From assembly GCA_014805025.1 (NCBI GenBank), contig JAAUYR010000039.1, positions 256 to 64,255 of the forward strand: 64,000 nt of DNA, in the 5' to 3' direction. Positions 8,793-17,615 of the stretch are shown here, one piece after another. How positions within the stretch are numbered: position 1 is the stretch's first letter; every line of letters starts with the position of its first letter. The translations under genes were made by a program, and so were the position numbers. Source of the stretch: Clostridia bacterium (lineage in GTDB: Bacteria; Bacillota; Clostridia; Christensenellales; Borkfalkiaceae). Below the pieces are notes generated by a model that was not told where the DNA came from, ran no database searches, and worked only from the letters and a program-made list of their open reading frames with translations.

Positions 8793-8946
8793 ACTCTACT
8801 CCCTCCACTCCTCTTTGACTGCGCCGCCGCTCATATGTGCGCGGAAAAATCTGTTTTTAAACGCACTTGTGCCGCGGTACGACTGTGTATTAAAACATAT
8901 GCTTTGCGGTTGATTTTTGTGCATAAAACCTCCACTCGATAATTTG

Positions 8947-8975
8947 TTGACAACTTCGCGCGCGTGTGTTAAAAT
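8947..8975 (+). promoter_or_regulatory. Promoter TTGACA-17-TGtTAAAAT, with the ATG 11 nt after the -10
   Basis: -35 at 8947-8952, -10 at 8970-8975, ATG at 8987, no SD. Confidence 0.6.
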
Positions 8976-8986
8976 TTGCAAAGTCA

Positions 8987-10333
8987 ATGAAAAGAAAATT
9001 CAAAATAAAACTTTCCGTGTGGCAGTTTTTAGCACTCGGATATTTAGCGGTAATTGCCGTGGGAAGCGTTTTGCTTGTTTTGCCGATAGCCTCGGCGGAC
9101 GGCACGTCAACGTCGTATCTGGACGCGCTGTTCGTTGCGACCGCGTCGGCCTGCGTTACCGGACTTTCTACCGTGGACACTGGCACGCACTGGTCGCTGT
9201 TCGGGCAGATTGTTCTGCTCGTGCTCATTCAGACGGGCGGACTCGGTTTTATGACGTTCGTTTCGACTGTGTTTTTAATGTTCAAACACAGAATGAGACA
9301 GTACGAACGCAAGGCGCTGCTTTCCGATGCCGGCGCAATTAATTTTTACGGAATTTCAAAACTTGTAAAGCGCATTTTTATAGGCACGGCGATTTTCGAG
9401 CTTTTAGGCATGTGCCTTTTGTGCATCAGGTTTATTCCCGAGTACGGCGGCATAGGCGCTTACTACGCTTTGTGGCACGCCGTTTCGGCGTTCTGCAATG
9501 CCGGTATGGATTTGGTCGGAGTCGGCGGAACTTCGCTTTCGGCGTACGCAACCGACCCGTTGGTCAGCCTTACATTTTGCTTTTTGATAACCATGGGCGG
9601 ACTCGGCTTCATAGTTTGGAGCGATTTTATAGATTGCCGGGGCAACTTCAAAAAAATGAAGCTGAACACAAAAATTATCCTTTTGTGGAGCTTGATTATA
9701 AACGTCGTTGCAACCGTGCTGTTTTTCGCATTCGAGTACAACGGTCAGGCGTTTAGCGGATACAACTTCGGGGAAAAACTTTTGTGTTCGTTCTTTATGG
9801 CGGTATCCTCGCGCACGGCCGGCTTCTACACCACGGCACCCTCCGCGCTTTGCGACAGCAGCTATCTTCTGACGATTATTATTATGTTTATCGGCGGAAG
9901 CACCGGCTCGACTGCCGGCGGCATCAAGGTGGGAACTTTTGCCGTGATTATTATGGGTATGCTTGCGGTATTCCGCGGATATAAGGACATCAACATCGGC
10001 AAAAAGAGAATTGAGTATTCCCTGCTTTCGCAGGCGCTTGCAATTTTTACGGCGTGCCTTATGCTTATACTTATGGGGACTTTGGCGATTTGCGCCCTTG
10101 AAACCGACCCTGCCGTAACCTTTAACAGAGTGCTCTTCGAATGCGTTTCGGCTTTGGGTACGGGCGGACTCAGTCTTGATTTGACGCCACAGCTCAATAT
10201 CGGCGCGAAGTGCATAATTATTGTTTTGATGTACGCCGGCAGAGTAGGCATATTAACGCTTGCCTTAGCGCTCGGCGAAAAGCGCAGCATATCGGCGGTA
10301 AGAAAGCCGATAGACACCCTTCTTATCGGGTAA
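8987..10333 (+). CDS. TrkH/KtrB-family potassium uptake membrane protein
   Basis: 448 aa, polytopic, with repeated pore-loop GGLGF/TGGLS-type motifs typical of the Trk/Ktr/HKT family. Confidence 0.85.
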   Translation: MKRKFKIKLSVWQFLALGYLAVIAVGSVLLVLPIASADGTSTSYLDALFVATASACVTGLSTVDTGTHWSLFGQIVLLVLIQTGGLGFMTFVSTVFLMFKHRMRQYERKALLSDAGAINFYGISKLVKRIFIGTAIFELLGMCLLCIRFIPEYGGIGAYYALWHAVSAFCNAGMDLVGVGGTSLSAYATDPLVSLTFCFLITMGGLGFIVWSDFIDCRGNFKKMKLNTKIILLWSLIINVVATVLFFAFEYNGQAFSGYNFGEKLLCSFFMAVSSRTAGFYTTAPSALCDSSYLLTIIIMFIGGSTGSTAGGIKVGTFAVIIMGMLAVFRGYKDINIGKKRIEYSLLSQALAIFTACLMLILMGTLAICALETDPAVTFNRVLFECVSALGTGGLSLDLTPQLNIGAKCIIIVLMYAGRVGILTLALALGEKRSISAVRKPIDTLLIG

Positions 10334-10339
10334 AAAATA

Positions 10340-10460
10340 ACAAAACTCCCACATATTAGGGGGGATACCCGTTGTCAACCCCATATGCACACATCTAAGC
10401 GCGGCTTTTGGTTGCTTTTCGCACTGTGCGCCATTGTAGTACGTTTGTACGACTGCTGTC
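10340..10460 (-). other. 16S-rRNA-like sequence fragment (decayed)
   Basis: Minus-sense TACAAACGTACTACAATGGCGCA is 21/23 identical to the conserved 16S segment TACACACGTGCTACAATGGCGCA. Downstream ..GAAAAGCAA..AAGCCGCG.. continues the resemblance. Confidence 0.4.
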
Positions 10461-10480
10461 GCCCAGCGCAAAATTCATTC

Positions 10481-10604
10481 CAAAATACGCAGCTTAGACG
10501 CCTAGCGATTTTACGAGGCAAATTTTGAGATTAGTCAAGGCAAAGACCGCAGGTAATACTATAAGTATTATCAAGGGCTTTAACGCAGAATAAGCAAAAA
10601 TTTG
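10481..10604 (+). repeat. Intergenic repeat element, copy 1
   Basis: Its 5' module is caaaatacgcag and it contains an ACGAGG motif. It also has the hairpin gtaatact/ataa/gtattat and the 3' module aacgcagaataagcaaaaatttg, which is shared with copy 2. Confidence 0.5.
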
Positions 10605-10654
10605 CCCGTAAAATTGTGTCCAGCTGGGGTTGGCAACGGGTAAGGAGAAAAACA

Positions 10655-11305
10655 ATGAAATCGGTTTTATTAATCGGTATGGGAAAGTTCGGGCAGGCAC
10701 TCGGCGAAAAGCTACTTAACATGGGCGACGAGGTTATGATTGTCGATAAAAGCGAGGACGTCATAAACGCGTTGGCGCAGAAATACTCTGGCGCGGTTAT
10801 TGCAAACTGTATGATTGCCGAAAACCTTAAATCGCTTGACGTGCCCTCGTACGACGTTTGCGTGGTAACGATAGGCGACGACTTCCAAAGCTCGCTTGAA
10901 ATTACTTCGGTCTTGAAAGATTTGGGCGCAAAGCACGTAGTATCCAAGGCCAACACCGAAATTCAGCGTAAGTTCTTATTGCGCGTCGGCGCGGACGAGG
11001 TCGTTTACCCCAACCGCGACATTGCCGAAAAGCTTGCAGTAAAGCTTAACGCAAGCCGCGTTTACGATTACGTTGAGCTTGACTCGGAGCACGCTATTTT
11101 CGAAATTGCCGTACCCAAGCGCTGGTGCGGAAACAAGGTTATAGACGTAAACCCTCGCAAGTTCGGACTGAACGTGCTTACGATTAAAAAAGGCAAGTCC
11201 ATTACTCCACTGCCCGGCGCGGACTATATTTTCCAGGACGGTGACCATATGCTGGTCTTCGGCAACACTGAAAAGATTTTGGCCTTTACCAACAAAAACA
11301 AATAA
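10655..11305 (+). CDS. TrkA/KtrA-family potassium uptake regulatory protein (RCK_N plus RCK_C)
   Basis: LLIGMGKFGQALG Rossmann motif, 216 aa, AAGGAG SD before ATG 10655. Confidence 0.85.
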   Translation: MKSVLLIGMGKFGQALGEKLLNMGDEVMIVDKSEDVINALAQKYSGAVIANCMIAENLKSLDVPSYDVCVVTIGDDFQSSLEITSVLKDLGAKHVVSKANTEIQRKFLLRVGADEVVYPNRDIAEKLAVKLNASRVYDYVELDSEHAIFEIAVPKRWCGNKVIDVNPRKFGLNVLTIKKGKSITPLPGADYIFQDGDHMLVFGNTEKILAFTNKNK

Positions 11306-12052
11306 ATGCTTAAAAGCTTTTTGAAAGATTTGCGCGAAAGTCTGTTTCCGCTTGATTACACCTGCGATTTGTGCGGAGTGGAAACCTTCGGCACTAACCT
11401 TTGTCCGGACTGCGCAAAGACGGTTATACTCAACGATAAAGCTACCTGCCCCGTTTGCGGCAGGCGCACCGTACACAGCGAAATCTGCGTTGAATGTAAA
11501 GCCTCTTTGCCGAGGTTCAAACGCGCGGTATCCCCCCTTGTATATGCCGACGGCGGAGAAAAATTAGTAAAGAAATTCAAAGACGGCAACGCTTATTTAA
11601 AGGAATATTTTGCAACACTCATTGCCGAAAAGCTGAACGGGCTGCCAAAGCCCGACTGCATAGTATGCGTTCCGGCAACCGCAAAAACAGTTCGGGAACG
11701 CGGCTATAATCAAAGCCTGTTGCTTGCAAAGGCAATATCTTCAAAAATTTCCGCACCCGTTATAAGGGACGCAGTAATTAAAGTACGGGATACCTCTTCG
11801 CAAAAATCTTTGTCGCGTAAAGAGCGCGAGGCAAATCTTTACGGCGCGTTCAAAGTGAAAAAGCATAGCGAGCTGAAAGGCAAAACGGTTTTGCTTGTTG
11901 ACGATATACTTACCACAGGCTCTACCGCAAACGAGCTTACAAGGGTTATTTTGAACGCAGGCGCGAAAGAAGTTTACCTTGCAACGGCGGCTTCCGTAGA
12001 GTACGAACCTAAGCTGACCGTAAACGAAATTTTAACCAAAATTCCGTTTTGA
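11306..12052 (+). CDS. comFC: ComF-family protein (phosphoribosyltransferase domain)
   Basis: N-terminal double CxxC zinc-finger motifs and the PRTase motif VLLVDDILTTGST. Confidence 0.8.
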   Translation: MLKSFLKDLRESLFPLDYTCDLCGVETFGTNLCPDCAKTVILNDKATCPVCGRRTVHSEICVECKASLPRFKRAVSPLVYADGGEKLVKKFKDGNAYLKEYFATLIAEKLNGLPKPDCIVCVPATAKTVRERGYNQSLLLAKAISSKISAPVIRDAVIKVRDTSSQKSLSRKEREANLYGAFKVKKHSELKGKTVLLVDDILTTGSTANELTRVILNAGAKEVYLATAASVEYEPKLTVNEILTKIPF

Positions 12053-12085
12053 CCCCGTAGTATGCTTGATTTAACGTAAAAAATT

Positions 12086-12119
12086 ATACCGTGCAAAATC
12101 TTTTGCACGGTATTTTTTT
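12086..12119 (+). terminator. Rho-independent terminator after comF
   Basis: ataccgtgcaaaa / tc / ttttgcacggtat followed by TTTTTT. Confidence 0.8.
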
Positions 12120-12138
12120 GCGCTTCATAAAATGAACT

Positions 12139-12627
12139 ATGACAACTTTTCAGTATGACAGAACCGCCGCCGTAGCTTACGCTAAAAAATGGGCTTTCGG
12201 CAGAAACCCGGCGTTTTACGATTTCAGCAAGATAGGCGGCGACTGCACCAACTTCGCCTCGCAATGCATTTACGCAGGAGCCGGAGTTATGAATTTTACA
12301 CCCGAACTCGGCTGGTTTTACCGCTCGACAAACGACAGAACGGCAAGCTGGACCGGAGTTGAATTCTTACATAACTTTTTAGTGACAAACCAGGGCGTGG
12401 GGCCGTTCGGTAAGGTCGTGCCTTTGAGCGAAATAGAAATAGGCGATATTATTCAACTTGGCACTGCCACGGGGGACTTCTACCACTCCCCCGTCGTTGT
12501 CGGCTTTTCTCGCGGACAGATACTCGTTGCGGCGCACACCTACGACGCGTACAACAAGCCTCTCAATTCCTACAACTTCGCAAAGTCCCGACCCATACAT
12601 ATACTGGGGGTAAGGAAAGACGATTAA
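12139..12627 (+). CDS. Putative amidase-domain protein (Amidase_6-like)
   Basis: YDRTAAVAYAKKWA...GGDCTNFASQCIYAG resembles the PF12671 family, with a papain-like catalytic Cys context. Confidence 0.6.
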   Translation: MTTFQYDRTAAVAYAKKWAFGRNPAFYDFSKIGGDCTNFASQCIYAGAGVMNFTPELGWFYRSTNDRTASWTGVEFLHNFLVTNQGVGPFGKVVPLSEIEIGDIIQLGTATGDFYHSPVVVGFSRGQILVAAHTYDAYNKPLNSYNFAKSRPIHILGVRKDD

Positions 12628-12657
12628 AGCGGTGGGCGCTGTATGCGCCCACCGCTT
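12627..12657. terminator. Bidirectional terminator hairpin
   Basis: aagcggtgggcgc / tgtat / gcgcccaccgctt. Confidence 0.8.
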
Positions 12658-12664
12658 ATTCTTA

Positions 12665-13306
12665 TTATTTGGTTCCGAACAGTCTGTCGCCGGCATCGCC
12701 GAGGCCGGGTAAAATATAACCGTTTTCGTTGAGCTGTCTGTCGAGCGTGGAAACGTATACGGGCACGTCGGGGTGCGCCTTTGCAACCGTTTCAACGCCT
12801 TCGGGAGCGCCGATTATTGCCATAAACTTGATATTAGTGCAGCCGCGTTTTTTAAGCGCCGCAAGCGCGTCGCACGCCGAGCCGCCCGTAGCAAGCATGG
12901 GGTCTACCAGGAACACCGTCTTATCTTCGATACCCTCGGGAAGCTTGCAGTAGTATTCCTTGGGCTGCAACGTTTCCTCGTCGCGGTACATTCCTATATG
13001 ACCGACCTTTGCCGTGGGGAATACTTTGTGTACGCCGTTTACCATTCCGAGCCCCGCGCGAAGTATAGGCACTATCGCGATGCTCTCCTCGGGCACTTTG
13101 TACTGCGTGGTAACTTCGAGCGGAGTTTCAACCTTTACGGGCACAAGCTCGATATCGCGCATGCTCTCGTAGGTCATAACCGTTGTAATCTCTTCGATAA
13201 GCTCCCTGAACTCCTTCATTCCCGTGTTTTTGTCGCGGAGAATTGCTACCTTGTGGCGGATTAAGGGGTGGTCGAATATAAATACGTTTTTGTACTTTGT
13301 CATCAT
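12665..13306 (-). CDS. upp: Uracil phosphoribosyltransferase
   Basis: PILRAGLGM and the [15 protein letters not shown] motif. About 210 aa. Confidence 0.95.
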   Translation of the reverse strand: MMTKYKNVFIFDHPLIRHKVAILRDKNTGMKEFRELIEEITTVMTYESMRDIELVPVKVETPLEVTTQYKVPEESIAIVPILRAGLGMVNGVHKVFPTAKVGHIGMYRDEETLQPKEYYCKLPEGIEDKTVFLVDPMLATGGSACDALAALKKRGCTNIKFMAIIGAPEGVETVAKAHPDVPVYVSTLDRQLNENGYILPGLGDAGDRLFGTK

Positions 13307-14713
13307 TTATTTTTCCTCCTTGGTATCTTCGTTTTCGGTTACCTCTTCTATAACAAGCTGTTCGTCGTCGCTCTTGTTTTTGCCCTTGATATTGACGAGC
13401 AGGTTGCACAAAATACCTAAAATAAGCGCGCAGGCAACCTCGGTTACGGTAACTTTGCCGAAGGTAAGCGTCATTCCGCCTACGCCTGCAATGAGTATAA
13501 CGGAAACTACGAACAGGTTTTTATTATCGCCCAAATCGACGGGCTGAATCATTTTAAGGCCGGATACGGCAATGAAGCCGTACAGTGCTATACATACGCC
13601 GCCCATTACGCAAGCCGGAATTGTTGCAAGGAAGGTAACGAACGGAGCAACGAACGAAGCCACCATACAGATTATAGCCGCAACGAATATGGTTATAATC
13701 GAGGCGTTACCCGAAATTGCCACGCAGCCTACGGACTCGCCGTAAGTCGTGTTGGGGCAACCGCCGAAAAGCGCACCGGCAATCGAACCGACGCCGTCGC
13801 CTAAAAGCGTTCTGGAAAGACCGGGGTCCTGTAAAAGGTCGGTTTCTATAATAGAGGAAATGTTTTTATGGTCGGCAATGTGTTCCGCAAACACAACGAA
13901 CGCAACGGGAATATACGCAACCGCAATAGTTCCGATATACGCGCCGATGTTGCCGAAATCGCCTGCGCCGTAGTCCTTGCTGAAAAGCTGAACGAACGCA
14001 AAGTCGGGGTACCACTTCATTTGTTTGAACAAATCGAAGTTGATAACTCTTAAAGCTTCCGCGCCGGGAATGTAGCTGAAACCGGTAAATATTGCCGCAA
14101 CTACGTAGCCTGCGAGAATACCTATTACGAAAGGTATCATCTTCATAAGCTTTTTGCCGTAAACCGAGCAGACTATGGTAACCGCAAGAGTAACAAGTCC
14201 GCATAAAAGCGCGACGTAGGGCGAGCAGGTTGACACGCTGCCGCTCATTAAATCGCCGACGGCGTTGCCAGCAAGCGAAAGTCCGATAATCGCAACGGTA
14301 GGGCCTATAACGACGGCAGGCATAATTTTATCTATCCATTTAACGCCTGCGAATTTTACTATAACCGCAATAATTACGTAAACCACACCCGCGAACACCG
14401 CGCCGACTATTATGCCGAGGTATCCGAGAGCCGCCGAAACTCCGCCCGAAAAAGCTGCAAACATACTGCCGAGGAATGCAAACGAGCTTCCAAGGAATAC
14501 CGGACTTTTGAATTTGGTAAATAGCAGATAAACTATCGTACCTACGCCTGCGCCGAAGAGCGCCGCAGAGGTTGACATAGCGTAACCCGTTTTACTCTGT
14601 ACGACCATGGGCACGGCTATGGTTGCCGCAAGAATTGCAAGCACCTGTTGCAGAGCGAACAGTATCAGCTGTCCCCACTTGGGTCTGTCTTTTACGCCGT
14701 AAATCATCTTCAT
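13307..14713 (-). CDS. uraA: Uracil/xanthine permease (NCS2 family) with an acidic C-terminal tail
   Basis: Polytopic NCS2-type sequence (FAEHIADHK, GESVG motifs). It abuts upp with no gap. Confidence 0.8.
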   Translation of the reverse strand: MKMIYGVKDRPKWGQLILFALQQVLAILAATIAVPMVVQSKTGYAMSTSAALFGAGVGTIVYLLFTKFKSPVFLGSSFAFLGSMFAAFSGGVSAALGYLGIIVGAVFAGVVYVIIAVIVKFAGVKWIDKIMPAVVIGPTVAIIGLSLAGNAVGDLMSGSVSTCSPYVALLCGLVTLAVTIVCSVYGKKLMKMIPFVIGILAGYVVAAIFTGFSYIPGAEALRVINFDLFKQMKWYPDFAFVQLFSKDYGAGDFGNIGAYIGTIAVAYIPVAFVVFAEHIADHKNISSIIETDLLQDPGLSRTLLGDGVGSIAGALFGGCPNTTYGESVGCVAISGNASIITIFVAAIICMVASFVAPFVTFLATIPACVMGGVCIALYGFIAVSGLKMIQPVDLGDNKNLFVVSVILIAGVGGMTLTFGKVTVTEVACALILGILCNLLVNIKGKNKSDDEQLVIEEVTENEDTKEEK

Positions 14714-14762
14714 TGTAAAAAGTTCTCCTCTTTTGTTTCAGGGCATTGCCCGAATTTTTTTT

Positions 14763-14791
14763 ATTTTATCATACCGCCTTGAAAATTGCAA
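14763..14791 (-). promoter_or_regulatory. Promoter TTGCAA-17-TGaTAAAAT for the permease-upp operon
   Basis: -35 at 14786-14791, -10 at 14763-14768. The leader carries an AAGAGGAG SD. Confidence 0.55.
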
Positions 14792-14815
14792 TTATTAGCC
14801 GTCGCAAATTTACTC

Positions 14816-16210
14816 TTAATTAAAGTATCCGTCCAAATCGAAATATTCGTCCAGATATTCGCGAGTATTGTAACACATCTCTTTAAACAGATTTTTCGAC
14901 TGCTCCATCGTCAGCGTTCCGCAGAGCGCCTGGTTTGCAAAGGCAACGTAAATTTTATTCAAATCACGCTCCTTAATGCCCTCGTAAAGCGTATCGATAT
15001 TGACGCAAGCGCGGTAAACAAGGTTTTTAACAGCCGTGGGAAGCGGCTTTGCAACTATCGGCTTAACGCTGTCGTGCGAGAACACGCAGTTTGTTTCAAC
15101 AATACTGCCGAGCGGCATCTGCGGCATCTGCCCGACGTTTGGCATATTCACGTTTGAAACGTAAGACCCGAACCCCAGTATCGCCTGCATAAGCTCTACT
15201 GCAACCTCCGCGGACTTTACAACGGGAAATTGCTTTCTGCCCTCCGCCATTTCTATCGTTTCGGTAATTTTTTCGGCCTGCTGTTTTTCGCGGAAGTCAA
15301 CGGTAGTCAAGCGGAACTTCCATTCTTCAACGGTCGCCTCGTCCTTTAAATACCAGGTGTTCGGCATAAACTCGGCAAGGTGCCTGTCGCCTGCCGCCGC
15401 AAGCGCGCCGTATTTATTGAATAAATCCATCTTGACCTTGTTGCCGTAAGCAAACGGGTCGGTCTTAAAAGCAAAGCGCGGTTCGTATTCGTAATAGCCC
15501 TCTTCAAAAAACTTTGCTTCGAATTCCGGTATAAGCGATAAAATATCCGTATCGCCGTACTTTGCCTCGGTTATCCAGGTAAAATGGTTGACTCCGCAGG
15601 CGTCGGTGTAAATTTCGTCGCGGCGAGGTTTTATGCCGCGCGTTTCCTTTAAAACGCAGGTTAAAAACTCCTGAGCGTGAAATACCTCGTGGCAGCAGCC
15701 GAAAGCTTTAATACCCGGGAACACGTCGTACAATACCTTTGTGCAGATGCTCATAGGGTTGGTAAAATTGATAACCCAGGCCGTGGGGCAGATGTCTTTT
15801 ATCTTGCGCGCAAAGTCCTCGTAAACGGGCACCGTGCGCATTGCGCGCAACACGCCGCCGGGGCCTGCCGTATCGCCTACGGCCTGATATATGCCGTACT
15901 TTTCGGGGGCATGCACGTCGCTGCGCATCTCTTTGAAGGTCGCCGGAAGTATGGAAATCACAACGAACGTTGCGCCGTCAAGCGCGGCCTCCAACTTATC
16001 GTAAACCTTGTAATCAAACTTAGATTTTGTCTTTGGGTTTTTATTGATAAACCCGCCGATTTTTTTATTACGCTCGGCTGCAACCCTATCGATATCGTAC
16101 AGAGCAATCTCGCCGCCGAGATTTTCCGCAAGCGCCAAGTCGGACATAAAAGTCCTCGCCCAAAGCTTGCTACCCCCTCCTATATATGCGACTTTAACAG
16201 TTTTTTTCAT
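14816..16210 (-). CDS. Glycoside hydrolase family 4 (alpha-glucosidase/alpha-galacturonidase type, NAD/Mn dependent)
   Basis: N-terminal KVAYIGGGS Rossmann motif and GH4-type CHEV and NHFTW motifs. An AAGAGGT SD precedes ATG 16210. Confidence 0.8.
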   Translation of the reverse strand: MKKTVKVAYIGGGSKLWARTFMSDLALAENLGGEIALYDIDRVAAERNKKIGGFINKNPKTKSKFDYKVYDKLEAALDGATFVVISILPATFKEMRSDVHAPEKYGIYQAVGDTAGPGGVLRAMRTVPVYEDFARKIKDICPTAWVINFTNPMSICTKVLYDVFPGIKAFGCCHEVFHAQEFLTCVLKETRGIKPRRDEIYTDACGVNHFTWITEAKYGDTDILSLIPEFEAKFFEEGYYEYEPRFAFKTDPFAYGNKVKMDLFNKYGALAAAGDRHLAEFMPNTWYLKDEATVEEWKFRLTTVDFREKQQAEKITETIEMAEGRKQFPVVKSAEVAVELMQAILGFGSYVSNVNMPNVGQMPQMPLGSIVETNCVFSHDSVKPIVAKPLPTAVKNLVYRACVNIDTLYEGIKERDLNKIYVAFANQALCGTLTMEQSKNLFKEMCYNTREYLDEYFDLDGYFN

Positions 16211-16351
16211 AATTTTACCTCTTACCCGTATCCACCCCCACGGGAACACAGCTGAGGTTGGCTACGGGTACTTAATATCTGCCTTTTATTGTATCACTTT
16301 CGCCTGCATAAATCAATGCTCCCACAAAAATTATTTGATGGATAAGTATAG

Positions 16352-16385
16352 AAAAAAGCCTGAAACGGAAATCCGTTTCAGGCTT
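16352..16385 (-). terminator. Rho-independent terminator after the NYN gene
   Basis: aagcctgaaacgga / tccgtttcaggctt followed by a U-run in the minus sense. Confidence 0.8.
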
Positions 16386-16405
16386 CTTAATTTTGCTGAA
16401 AATTT

Positions 16406-17116
16406 TTAAGCTACACGTTCTATGCGGTCGCGTTTATCGCCAAGCTTTAAAACGTAATTATCATTCAGTAGCGAATAATAATTAAACATTTTCTTTAAAT
16501 AATCGCCAAGCGAATCATAATGGATATGCTTATCGTTTTTAAGAATCGGACCGAGGTTAGCAAGCAACACTTCGTTACTGTTTTTGAACAAGTCTTCAAT
16601 AGTAATCAACAGGTCGCAAAACGTTGCTACCCCGTAAATTTCAGGGTCTTCCGCAGGCTTTATAGCCGTGGGGGCGTTTTCTTTTTCCTGCAACAGCACG
16701 GCTTCGTCATAAGAATTTACCGCTTTATCGTTCTGCTGAGTGTAGAACATTACGGCTTTTTTATGGAACTTTTCCCTGACAGCCTTAGCAAGAGGAATAT
16801 AGTCTTTATCATTAGCTACGACAATACAAGTTTCCAGTTCGGGAAGCTCGTACAGTTTTTCGATTGCGAGAACCGTCATAGCTATATCTGAAGTGTTCGG
16901 GTCGGGTTTGCCTTTCTGCTTTTCCGAGCCCGGAATGTAATGAAGCTGCATTTTGTACTGCGAGTACGCCTCTTCCCATCTCTGCTTCCGCTTTAAAAAG
17001 TCGGAAAAACAGTGAGCTTCGTATACTTCGCCGTAGTCCTGAGCCTCTTCAAAAATTTTCTGCGTGTAGCTTTCGTCTATATTGTCGCCGTCGACAAATA
17101 AAATAATTTTGGACAT
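16406..17116 (-). CDS. NYN (LabA-like PIN-fold RNase) domain protein with a C-terminal OST-HTH/LOTUS-like domain
   Basis: ILFVDGDN, NTSDIAM and VVANDKDYIPLA match the NYN acidic motifs. The C-terminal part of about 70 aa is LOTUS-like. The gene is visibly AT-rich compared with its neighbours. Confidence 0.65.
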   Translation of the reverse strand: MSKIILFVDGDNIDESYTQKIFEEAQDYGEVYEAHCFSDFLKRKQRWEEAYSQYKMQLHYIPGSEKQKGKPDPNTSDIAMTVLAIEKLYELPELETCIVVANDKDYIPLAKAVREKFHKKAVMFYTQQNDKAVNSYDEAVLLQEKENAPTAIKPAEDPEIYGVATFCDLLITIEDLFKNSNEVLLANLGPILKNDKHIHYDSLGDYLKKMFNYYSLLNDNYVLKLGDKRDRIERVA

Positions 17117-17615
17117 TTTTAAGTCTCCTCATATATTTTTATTTTCGATACGACTTGACGGACCTACTTTAATTTTAATTGCACACAAGAAGGAAATATC
17201 CTCGCTTACCACTTAGATATAAAAAACAAAATATTCTTAATAATAAAATCGATTAAGACACGAAAAGTGTTTTCTTCCACGTTCGTTTTATTTCGGAATT
17301 TGCCATTTGTTATACGGATTAAAAATAACTCTACTTTGTAAAGCCTCGGCGTCGTTATTAATAACCCCACATCAAGCGTCTTCCGTAATCTGCTATTTAT
17401 TCTTCTAAATAAATTGCGTCTTATTCGAAGTCGAATAAAGCCCTTCAATTTAAAGCAGTGCGTAAGTTTATACTTTAAATCTACGGTTGTTCAATTGCCG
17501 TCCGCGCCAAACCTCCCTATGCTGCGCGCCGAGCAAAAATGCAAGTTGAAAAAATTTCTTTCCGCCGCGTCTGTATCGGCTGAAAGTTTTTCAGCACTCG
17601 TATAATATCATAATT

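Noticed and set aside
8485-8942. Track ORFs 8485..8913 and 8487..8942 (+), and many other antisense ORFs of 60-250 aa inside large genes. Examples are 7884..8399, 18016..18777, 30148..30846, 46733..47464, 48512..49021 and 58248..58874.
   Set aside because: All lie entirely within, and antisense to or out of frame with, well-supported conserved genes. They have Arg/Ala/Ser-rich shadow-frame composition and no SD or promoter.
8793-8965. A glmS ribozyme upstream of glmM-glmS, or in the 10-nt glmM-glmS junction.
   Set aside because: The junction is too short. The leader of about 130-170 nt upstream of glmM lacks the conserved AGCGCC cleavage-site and GACGAGGA core strings by eye. A covariance-model search would be decisive.
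10334-10654. A c-di-AMP (ydaO/kimA-type) riboswitch in the long spacer before the TrkA/KtrA gene.
   Set aside because: Only a superficial GGGGGGATACCC resemblance is present. The pseudo-twofold conserved ACGGGGA / CCGAACCC / AGCTAACC blocks are not. The spacer is better explained by a 16S-like fragment plus a repeat element.
17206-17448. The 80-aa ORF in the AT-rich spacer upstream of the NYN gene.
   Set aside because: It has low-complexity Arg/Ile/Leu/Phe composition typical of random AT-rich ORFs. It has no SD and no recognisable domain.
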